Positions 10,006 through 17,907 of a stretch of 64,000 nt of DNA are shown here, piece after piece. Within the stretch, counting starts at the first letter, position 1. Every line of letters starts with the position of its first letter. Source of the DNA: an uncultured Candidatus Binatia bacterium (GTDB lineage Bacteria > Desulfobacterota > Binatia > UBA9968 > JAJDTQ01); assembly GCA_965213675.1 (NCBI GenBank), contig OZ243916.1, positions 704,001-768,000 of the forward strand. The letters are read 5' to 3'. The position numbers were made by a program, and so were the translations under genes. The notes under the pieces are model-generated. The model saw nothing but the letters and a program-made list of their open reading frames with translations, made no database searches and was not told where the DNA came from.

Positions 10006-10113
10006 CCTTCGACCGTCTCGAGTTCGCTGACGGCGCAACGCCCCCGGCTGACGGCGGTGCGTGCGCCCCGATCCTTCGACTCCTTTCGGTGCTTCGCCGA
10101 GCGCGGTCGAAGG
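10006..10113. repeat. CCTTCGAC-type REP-like palindromic cluster
   Basis: CCTTCGACCG (10006-10015) / CGGTCGAAGG (10104-10113), extra CCTTCGAC at 10073; related sequences at 32959-33017 and 59726-59780. Confidence 0.5.
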
Positions 10114-10128
10114 GGGTTGGATGGTTCT

Positions 10129-11052
10129 TCAACCCTCCCACAGATGGCTGAACTGCACGGCCACCACGTCCTCGTAGGCGGCGGGCCCGTCCAGCAGGCC
10201 GATGTCCCGGGCGAACTGATTCATGGTCGATACCACCGATTCCGGTATGCGAGGATCATAGTAGGGGGTGTCGCGTTGGATGAGGGTGGCGATGAGCCCG
10301 GCTTCTTCGGGCGGATACAGCGCCTTGCCCACGTCCGCGGCCTGTTGGGGGTTCTCTATCAGCGCCTTCTGGGTCTTGACCAGGGCGCGCACCGCGGCGG
10401 CGGCGGCGTCCGGGTTTTCAGAGATGATCCGGTCGGAGGTGATGAGGGCAGGGAAGGTGTAGCCGCGCGCGTCCGGCGGCCCTTCGCCGCGCCGGATGTC
10501 CAGGACCACGGTGCCGGCGCCGTGGCGCACGGCCACCTCCGCGCCCATGCCATTGGCCCAGAAGCCGTCGATGGCGCCCTCGGACAGGGCCTTGGCCGCG
10601 GTCACTCCGAAGGAGACCCCGGTCGCGGTGGCGCCAGGCACGGGACCGATTTCGATCTTGTCCGCTTCGGGGTCCAGGCCCGCGGCTTTGAGCATGCGCT
10701 TGAGCCCCAGGTCCACGCCCGGCGCGGCGCCGATGCGCAGCCCCTTGACGGCTTGGATGTCGCCGCGCTGGACTCCCAGGTCCGCGCGCAGCACCAGGAA
10801 CCAGTACATGTGTTGGGCCAGGGCGGCCAGCAGCTTGGCTCCCTTCCAGTTGGGAAACCGGGTGAGGGTGGCGTGGGAAGAGGCGGCCACGAAGTCGAGC
10901 TTGTGGTCCCGAAGGGCCTCGAGAGTCGAGGGTACGGGGAAGATGAGTTCCACCTCCATGTCCAGCCCTTCGTCCTTGAAGAAGCCGAGTTCGGCGGCGG
11001 CGATGGCGGGGAAATAGGAGTTGGAGACGAAGTCGGGGAGTCCCAGGCGCAT
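10129..11052 (-). CDS. NMT1/SsuA/THI5-like periplasmic-binding-protein-fold protein without a signal peptide
   Basis: AAAELGFFKDEGLDMEV and AVKGLRIGAAPG patterns; start follows AAAGGA RBS; no hydrophobic leader. Confidence 0.8.
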   Translation of the reverse strand: MRLGLPDFVSNSYFPAIAAAELGFFKDEGLDMEVELIFPVPSTLEALRDHKLDFVAASSHATLTRFPNWKGAKLLAALAQHMYWFLVLRADLGVQRGDIQAVKGLRIGAAPGVDLGLKRMLKAAGLDPEADKIEIGPVPGATATGVSFGVTAAKALSEGAIDGFWANGMGAEVAVRHGAGTVVLDIRRGEGPPDARGYTFPALITSDRIISENPDAAAAAVRALVKTQKALIENPQQAADVGKALYPPEEAGLIATLIQRDTPYYDPRIPESVVSTMNQFARDIGLLDGPAAYEDVVAVQFSHLWEG

Positions 11053-11175
11053 GGCGTTCCTTTCACTCTTGAGCAGGTTCTTGCGGGGCGGAGTTGGAGG
11101 CGAAGTCGGAATGCGTTGGGCCGGGTGTAACGGATTCGGGGCCGGGATGCAAAGTGGCGCGGTGGGTCTGACGCT

Positions 11176-12621
11176 TCAGCCCCAGTACGTGGTGCGATCC
11201 ACCGGGATGGCGTCCAGCAGGTCGAGGGGCAGGTAGTCCTCCACGCGGATGCGCGCCATGGCTTCGTCGGGACACTTGGACACGGGGGAGAAGGGCCGGT
11301 CCAGCGGGCGGGTGGCGTCCACGATCATGGCGGAGGTGCGGATACCCGCGTCCATGGAGGGATCGATCAGGGGGCCGCGCATGATGTCGGTGATGAGAGA
11401 AATCTGGCGGTGGGGTTGGACCCGGGTGGCCAAAGCCCACAGGATTTCCGTGGGGTTGTAGACGTCGATGTCGTCGTCGAAGATAAAGACGTGCTTGCAC
11501 TGGTCGAAGCTCAGGGCGGCGGCCGCGGCCCGGCCGGGGTCTCCCTCGGACATCTTCTTCATGGCGATGAACACATTCATGAGCGCGTGGCGGCCGTTCT
11601 TGCAGACCGCGGTGACGCCGGGCACGGCCTCGCGGCAGCGCCGCAGGTAGGCGCCTTCGCGGGCCAGGTCCATCCACGGCTTGTCGCCGTCCGGCGTGAT
11701 CACCGATTGGTGGATGGCGTCGCGCCGCCGGGTGATGGCGCGCACTTCCAGGAAGGCCGCCTGCCGGTAGCCTTGGGGGCCGACGTAGCCGTGCACCTCG
11801 CCGAACGGTCCTTCCACCACGCGCTTCCCCGGAATCAGCGCGCCTTCGATGACGATCTCCGCGTCCGCCGGCACCATCAGGCGTTCGCCGAAGGTTTCGG
11901 ATGGCGTCAGCCGCAGGGGTTCGCCAAGATAGCCGCCGATGATCTCCAGTTCGTCGGCGTCGAAGGGGCCGCGGTAGCAGGCGCCGATGTTGAAGGCCGG
12001 ATGATGTCCGGTCACCGCGGCCACCGGACATTCCTGTCCGTTCTCCTCGTAGTCCCGGAAGATGCGCCACAAGTGCTGCAAGGACAGGTAGAAGCCGGTG
12101 TGGTTCCGGTCCTTCACCTCCATGCGATGGTAGGAGACGTTGTACACCCCCGAGCGGCGGTCGATGCCGAGGCTGGGCATGTCGATGTAGGGGCCGCCGT
12201 CCAGGGCGTGGTGGCGCATCACCGGCAGTTCGAATAGGTCTACCTCGTCGCCGCGGCGGATCACCTCCTTCACCGGCGCTTCCGACGGCTCCACCACCAC
12301 CGGCGCGATGGGGTTGGCTTCGCGTTGCAGGCATTCCAGGGCCAGGTCCGCCCGGGTGGTGTGCGCCGGCGCGCCCAAGGCGGTCTGGAACTTGCCCATG
12401 GAGACCTCGCAATTCATGGCGAGGCGCACATCGGACGAGTTGCCGTGGAGGTTCTTCGGGCGCTCGAACAGCAGCACCGGAAACTGCTTGCGCTCGGCCA
12501 ATTGGGCGATGAGGGCGGAAACGTCGTGGCGCGCCGGGTTGACCGGGCGCGTCACGTGCACGAGTTCGCCGGGGCGCTGTTGCCGCAGGTCGTTGAGAAA
12601 GGTGCGCAGGCTCTTGGGCAT
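11176..12621 (-). CDS. UbiD family (prFMN-dependent) decarboxylase/carboxylase
   Basis: DGGPYI, YNVSYHRM (Arg), EGPFGE, DDDIDV, WALATRVQP, IVDATRP. Confidence 0.93.
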   Translation of the reverse strand: MPKSLRTFLNDLRQQRPGELVHVTRPVNPARHDVSALIAQLAERKQFPVLLFERPKNLHGNSSDVRLAMNCEVSMGKFQTALGAPAHTTRADLALECLQREANPIAPVVVEPSEAPVKEVIRRGDEVDLFELPVMRHHALDGGPYIDMPSLGIDRRSGVYNVSYHRMEVKDRNHTGFYLSLQHLWRIFRDYEENGQECPVAAVTGHHPAFNIGACYRGPFDADELEIIGGYLGEPLRLTPSETFGERLMVPADAEIVIEGALIPGKRVVEGPFGEVHGYVGPQGYRQAAFLEVRAITRRRDAIHQSVITPDGDKPWMDLAREGAYLRRCREAVPGVTAVCKNGRHALMNVFIAMKKMSEGDPGRAAAAALSFDQCKHVFIFDDDIDVYNPTEILWALATRVQPHRQISLITDIMRGPLIDPSMDAGIRTSAMIVDATRPLDRPFSPVSKCPDEAMARIRVEDYLPLDLLDAIPVDRTTYWG

Positions 12622-12713
12622 GGACGTGACCAGGCGTCAGGGATGGGGTGCTCTGGCGGCGCCGGGGAGGACGTCACGTCCACGGGCCCGGTCCCACGCG
12701 GAGGAGATGGCCA

Positions 12714-13460
12714 TCAGTACAGGATGTCGCCACCGTCCACCACCAGGGTCTGGCCGGTGACGAAACCGCTGTCCGGGGCGGCGAGGTAGAGCACGGCGCC
12801 GGTGAGGTCCGCGGGCGTCTGCTGGCGCTGGATGGAACGGGCGCTCACGCGGCTGGCGGACAGTTCCGGCGGCAGGCGCTGGCCTTCGTGCTCCACGAGA
12901 CCGGGAGCGATGGCGTTGACGCTGATGCCGTGTGCGCCCATTTCCCGGGCCATGGAACGGGTCATGCCGATGAGCGCCGACTTGGACGCGACGTAATGCA
13001 GGAAGTTGGGCGTGCCGGCCATCACGGTGTTGGAGGAGATGTTGATGATGCGGCCGCCGCCCTGATCGCGCATGTGCGGGAAAACGGCCTTGGCGCACAG
13101 AAAAACGCCCTTGATGTTCACCGCCGTGACCCGGTCCCACTCTTCCGCGGAGATCTCGTGGAACGGCCGCCGCTGGATGCTGACGTAGATGGCGGCGTTG
13201 TTCACCAGCACGTCGATGCGCCCGAAGGCGTCCATGGCGGCTGCAGCCATCCGCAGGGTGTCGTCCTCGCGCGCGACATCCACCGTGACGGCCACCGCCT
13301 CCCCGCCCGCTTCCCGAATGTCCGCGGCCGCGGCGGTACCGTCCAGAACGTCCGCGACGAGCACGCGGGCGCCCTCCGCCGCCAGCGCTCCGGCATAGAC
13401 CGCGCCGATGTTGCGCGCGCCACCGGTGACGATGGCGACCTTGTTGTCAAGCCGTCCCAT
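12714..13460 (-). CDS. Short-chain dehydrogenase/reductase
   Basis: TGGARNIG, NNAA, YVASK, VNAIAPG. Confidence 0.92.
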   Translation of the reverse strand: MGRLDNKVAIVTGGARNIGAVYAGALAAEGARVLVADVLDGTAAAADIREAGGEAVAVTVDVAREDDTLRMAAAAMDAFGRIDVLVNNAAIYVSIQRRPFHEISAEEWDRVTAVNIKGVFLCAKAVFPHMRDQGGGRIINISSNTVMAGTPNFLHYVASKSALIGMTRSMAREMGAHGISVNAIAPGLVEHEGQRLPPELSASRVSARSIQRQQTPADLTGAVLYLAAPDSGFVTGQTLVVDGGDILY

Positions 13461-13481
13461 GTTCCTTCAATCGTTCCATGT

Positions 13482-15143
13482 TCAAGAATGCGGACCGGCG
13501 GCGGTGCTTGCCGCCGCGCGTTCGTTCATCTCCCGGAGTTGCCGGCGCAGGTCCAAGGGTTCCCACCAGAGTTTCAGGCCGAGGTCCCGGGCGATGGTCT
13601 GGGCGGCGTTGTAGCCCGGCGCGCCGGTGATGTTGCCGCCGGGATGACAAGAGCTGCCGCACAGATAGAGCCCGTCCACCGGGGTGCGGTATTGGCCCCA
13701 GCCGGGGAAGGGGCGGTTCTCCAGCGCCTGGTCGCCGGTGTACTCGCCGATCATCCAGTCGCCTTCGTACATGTTGCGGTCGTGGCGCTCGATGTCCAGG
13801 GGCGTAGTGGAGTCGCGCGACAGGATGTTGTCGTCGGTAAGGTTGGGCGCGTACTCGCGCCATACGGCGAGTTGCCGGTCGAACCACTCGCTCCGGACCT
13901 TGTCCCAATTCTGCGGATTGCCCCACAGATTGTACGGCGATAGCTGCCACATGAACGCGGTGGCCTTGCCCGGCGGCGCCTGGGTGGGGTCGTGATGCGA
14001 CGGCGTGGCGCCGTTCATGAAGGGCTTGCGCGGCAACTGGCCGCTGCGGCAGTCGTCGAACAGGTTGCGCAGTTCGTCGTAGCTTTCCAGCCCGACGATG
14101 TGCATGAAGCTTTCGGCCACTTCGGGATGCGCTTCCTCGGTGATGTAGCGGGGGCGCTCGTTGAGGGCCAGGTTGGTGGCGAAAATCGGGGTGGTCTTGG
14201 AGAACTTGAACCCGGCCGCCTTGGCGCTGAACTCCGCGTCGAGGTTCTCCGCCCCCACGAGCTTGATGAAGGTCTCCACCGGGTTCACGTTGGAGGCGAC
14301 GAAGCGCCGGGCATGCACCACGGTGCCGTCTTCCAGCACCACGCCGGCGGCGCGGCCGCCCTCCACCAGGATGCGCTCCACCCCCACGGCCTCGATGTAG
14401 TCCACGCCGTTGTGCGACAGCATGTGCGCGAGGTTGTCTCCCAGGGCGTGGGAAGTGCCGCGGCAAAGCTGGGGGTTGACGCCCCAGGCGATCATGGCCG
14501 GCACCAGATAGCCGGTGTTGGGCGCGTCCAGTTCGTAGCCGCGCATCACCGCGAGGAAGCCGATGAAAGCGCGCACTCGGGTGTGCTCGAAATGCTCCAG
14601 GATGAACTGTTCCGGCGTGGTGTCGAAATAGCGCAGGTACTCCCGCCCCTCGGGCAATCCTTCCAGCAGCCCGCGCTTTTCGCTCATGGGGATGGGCGGG
14701 CAATAGGTCTCGGGGAATACGACGTTCTTCACCACCGGCTGCCAGCGGCTCCAGATGTCCCGGAAACTCGCCGCGTCCCGGGCGGAATACTGTTCGATGG
14801 TGGCAAGGGTGCGCTCCACATCGGCGAACCAGCCCAGGTAGGTGCGGTCCAGGAAGTGCTGCACCACGCCCGGGTCGGGCTTGTAGTAGTGGATGCCCAT
14901 GCGTTCCATTTCGAGGTCCTGGAACCACGGCAGCAACATCAGCCCGCGGTGGAACACCGAGTGGATGTTGTGCCAGAACCCGGGGTAGTTGCGATCCTCG
15001 TGGGAGTCCAGCCCGCCGCCCACCTCCATGTTCTTTTCGACGACGAGGATCTTCTGCCCGGATTTCCCCAGGTAGCCGGCGCAGATCATGCCGTTGTGGC
15101 CCGCGCCGATCACCACGCCGTCGTAATGCATCACCTTCGCCAT
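13482..15143 (-). CDS. NAD(P)/FAD-dependent oxidoreductase, phytoene-dehydrogenase-related (COG1233)
   Basis: IGAGHNG, VGGG, YRTPVDGLYLCGSSCHPGGNITGAPGYNAA. Confidence 0.88.
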   Translation of the reverse strand: MAKVMHYDGVVIGAGHNGMICAGYLGKSGQKILVVEKNMEVGGGLDSHEDRNYPGFWHNIHSVFHRGLMLLPWFQDLEMERMGIHYYKPDPGVVQHFLDRTYLGWFADVERTLATIEQYSARDAASFRDIWSRWQPVVKNVVFPETYCPPIPMSEKRGLLEGLPEGREYLRYFDTTPEQFILEHFEHTRVRAFIGFLAVMRGYELDAPNTGYLVPAMIAWGVNPQLCRGTSHALGDNLAHMLSHNGVDYIEAVGVERILVEGGRAAGVVLEDGTVVHARRFVASNVNPVETFIKLVGAENLDAEFSAKAAGFKFSKTTPIFATNLALNERPRYITEEAHPEVAESFMHIVGLESYDELRNLFDDCRSGQLPRKPFMNGATPSHHDPTQAPPGKATAFMWQLSPYNLWGNPQNWDKVRSEWFDRQLAVWREYAPNLTDDNILSRDSTTPLDIERHDRNMYEGDWMIGEYTGDQALENRPFPGWGQYRTPVDGLYLCGSSCHPGGNITGAPGYNAAQTIARDLGLKLWWEPLDLRRQLREMNERAAASTAAGPHS

Positions 15144-15241
15144 GGTTCACCCGTCTTCATGGTTTGGTTTCCTTGAACTTCCCGGCACCCTGCGCCTGGT
15201 AGACGCCTGGGAGACTCTTGCGCCCCTCGCTCAAGGCGCCG

Positions 15242-16822
15242 TCACGTCAGAGCAAGGTCCTCACGCAATACGCTCCAGGCTGCCCGCCCGGAGCCGGCGA
15301 TGACGGCGTCCGCGGGATGCGTGGCCGCGCCCACCTGGTAGAGCCCCTGAATGGGTGTGCGGTATTGCGCCAATTGCGGGATGGGGCGCTGATCGCCCAT
15401 CTGGTCCGGAGTCTTTCGGGCCACCCATATCGAGCCCTGGCGCATGTTCTGCCAGCGGCCCGACAAGTAGTGCGGGTCCATGGGCACCTTCATGACGATG
15501 TTGTCGTCGGTAAGGTTGGTGGCGACTTCGCGCAGCCTTGACAACACCCGCTCCATGAAGCCTTCCTTGAGACACACCCAGTCCTCGGGCTGATGGCCCT
15601 GGATCTGGTACGGAACCGGCATGAACACCGACGCCGTGTGCTTGGCCGGCGGGGCCTGCAGCGCGTCGAACCAAGTGGGGCAGGTGACGTGCAGGCACGG
15701 ATGTTCGGGGAACTCGCCGGCGCGGATCTCGCGCCACATGGCCTGAAGGTCCGCCACGGAACGCGGGCCGTAGTTGACGTTCATGGCCTGGCCCACGAAG
15801 CCGTCGGCCGCCTCGTGCACGGCGAAACGCAAGGGCGCCTTGAGGGCGAGATGCACCTGGAAGTAGGAGAACTCGTCGGGCTCGATGGCGCGTACCGCCC
15901 GTGCGAAGCCGCCGTCCAGGTGCTCTTCACCTACCATGTCGATGAGCGTGCCGTGGGGATCCACATTGGACACCACGGCCCGGCGCGCCTTCCATTCGCG
16001 TCCGTCGCGCAGGCGCACACCCACGGCGCGGCCGTCCTCCACCAGAATCTTGTCCACGTGGTGCAGCGCGCGGATCTGGCCGCCGTGCATGACGTAGGCG
16101 CGTTGCAGCACCTGGGCGATGGAGTGGGAGCCGCCGCGGGCGAGTTGCGGCCGTTCGTCGCCGGCAATCAGCGCCAGCACCTCGCGCCCACCGCCCTCGT
16201 AGTCCAGTGCCCAGCCCCTGGGGATGGCCATCTGCGACAGGACCAGGGTGCGCACCGCCTCGCTTTCGAACAGGTGTTCCGCCGCCCCCGCGGCGCTCAT
16301 GCGCGCGATGCGCAGAAACTCCTCGCCGACGGGGTCCGCGGCGATGCGTTCGTCAAGGGCCTCCGGGGCCTCGGGCGGGGCATAGTACGACGGGATCACG
16401 ATGTCCCGGACGATGCCGCGAAACCGCTGGTGCGCATCCTTCCAGGCGGCCCGGTCCGCGGCGGAGTGGTGCGCCAGCGAAGCCAGCGTGCCGTCCAGGT
16501 CCTGGTGGTGCGACACGGAAGCGCCTTCCGGCAGCAGCAGCGTGCTGATGACCGGTGGCGTCACGAACTCGGCATGGTGTCCGTTCTCCCAGTCGAGTTC
16601 CCGCCACACCGGCGAGATCTCCCGGTTGTCCTGGAAGTAGGCGAGGCTGTTGTGCCAGTAGCCCGGCAGGGTGATCTCTTCGGAGAAGAGCCGCCCGCCG
16701 TTCTCCAGCCGGCTCTCGCAGATGACCGTCTCGAGGCCGGCCATGCCCAGGTAGGTGCCCAGCGCGAAGTTGTTCTGCCCCGCCCCGATGAGGATGACGT
16801 CCCAGTTTTCGTCTACGGCCAT
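15242..16822 (-). CDS. Second COG1233 oxidoreductase with divergent FAD-binding motifs
   Basis: IGAGQNNF, ENGGRL, YRTPIQGLYQVGAATHPADAVIAGSG; start at MAVDENWD after AGAGGA. Confidence 0.82.
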   Translation of the reverse strand: MAVDENWDVILIGAGQNNFALGTYLGMAGLETVICESRLENGGRLFSEEITLPGYWHNSLAYFQDNREISPVWRELDWENGHHAEFVTPPVISTLLLPEGASVSHHQDLDGTLASLAHHSAADRAAWKDAHQRFRGIVRDIVIPSYYAPPEAPEALDERIAADPVGEEFLRIARMSAAGAAEHLFESEAVRTLVLSQMAIPRGWALDYEGGGREVLALIAGDERPQLARGGSHSIAQVLQRAYVMHGGQIRALHHVDKILVEDGRAVGVRLRDGREWKARRAVVSNVDPHGTLIDMVGEEHLDGGFARAVRAIEPDEFSYFQVHLALKAPLRFAVHEAADGFVGQAMNVNYGPRSVADLQAMWREIRAGEFPEHPCLHVTCPTWFDALQAPPAKHTASVFMPVPYQIQGHQPEDWVCLKEGFMERVLSRLREVATNLTDDNIVMKVPMDPHYLSGRWQNMRQGSIWVARKTPDQMGDQRPIPQLAQYRTPIQGLYQVGAATHPADAVIAGSGRAAWSVLREDLALT

Positions 16823-16842
16823 GGATGATGTTCCTCTTGGGC

Positions 16843-17021
16843 CAGTATCACGCGCCGCAAGTTCGTTGGATGAGTTCCCGGGATGTCTTCCTGGCTTGCC
16901 GCGGGCTGCGTAGCTCTTGCTCGCGCGGGGATCGCCGGTCGCCACGGCAAGTCATTGCGCCTCGCCAGCGACAAGGCCTCCAGGCAACAAGTCGCGGTCC
17001 GTTGCGGGACAGGACCCCAAG
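16843..17021 (-). repeat. Degenerate family-A element (copy 4)
   Basis: Minus strand reads GGCGAGGCGCAATGAC...GTGG...GCGAGCAAGAGCTACGCAGCC, matching the family-A core; ends resemble those of copy 3; boundaries approximate. Confidence 0.5.
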
Positions 17022-17039
17022 TCCTCCGGACGCATGGCG

Positions 17040-17903
17040 TCAGCCTGATTGCGCCGCCGCCTGCTCCAGCGCCCGGCGCACGAAGACGGCGGTCAGCTCG
17101 CGCTTGTAGTCGGACGAGCCGCGCACATCCTCGATGGGGTCGGCGGCGTCCGCGGCCGCGGCGGCGGCTTCCTCGATGCGCGCGGCGGTGAGCTCCCGGC
17201 CGCGCAGTGCGTCTTCGGCGGCGCGGGCGCGGAAGATGGTGGGGGCGACGGAGTTGAGGGCTATGCGCACGTCGTCGCAGCGGTGGCCCTCGCCGGTCAG
17301 GGTCACGGCCACGCCCACGGTGGCGAAGTCCTCCTCGCTGCGCGGGGTGAACTTGATGTGGGACCAAGCCGGGCCGGCGGGCGGCGGCACGTGGACCGAC
17401 GTGAGGATCTCGTCGGGCTCCAGGGCGGTCTCGTAGTAGTCCACGAAAAAGTCTTCCACCGGCAGGGTGCGCTCGCCGCGGCTGCTGCGCAGCGTCACTT
17501 CGGCATCCAGGGCCATGAAGCTCGCGCCGGGATCGGTCATGGGATCGCCGTGGCTCAAGTTGCCGCCCACGGTGGCCATGAGGCGGATGCGCGGTTGCGC
17601 CACCTTGTAGAAGGTCTCCCGGAGCAGGGGATAGTGTTCCTGGACTTCCGGGCACAACTCCAGTTCCCGATGCTTCACGCCGGCGCCGATGCGAAGGCCG
17701 CTGGACGGATCCCAGGTGATGCCGTCAAGTCCGGGCACGTTCTCCATGTCGATGACGTAACCGGGGCTCAAGAGTCCCATGCGCAGCCACATCACCAAGG
17801 CGGTGCCGCCGGCCAGCAGCTTGGCATCGCCTTCGTGTTCCTGAAGCAGCGCGCAGGCCTCGTCGAGGCTCGTGGGCGCAAGATATTCGAACTTGGCGCG
17901 CAT
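17040..17903 (-). CDS. Xanthine dehydrogenase family FAD-binding (medium) subunit
   Basis: FEYLAPTSLDEA, LLAGGTAL, RIRLMATVGGN, DVRGSSDYKR. Confidence 0.92.
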   Translation of the reverse strand: MRAKFEYLAPTSLDEACALLQEHEGDAKLLAGGTALVMWLRMGLLSPGYVIDMENVPGLDGITWDPSSGLRIGAGVKHRELELCPEVQEHYPLLRETFYKVAQPRIRLMATVGGNLSHGDPMTDPGASFMALDAEVTLRSSRGERTLPVEDFFVDYYETALEPDEILTSVHVPPPAGPAWSHIKFTPRSEEDFATVGVAVTLTGEGHRCDDVRIALNSVAPTIFRARAAEDALRGRELTAARIEEAAAAAADAADPIEDVRGSSDYKRELTAVFVRRALEQAAAQSG

Positions 17904-17907
17904 GATG

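Noticed and set aside
13482-16822. Carotenoid biosynthesis (crtI) call
   Set aside because: No phytoene synthase or other crt genes adjacent; the context is catabolic.
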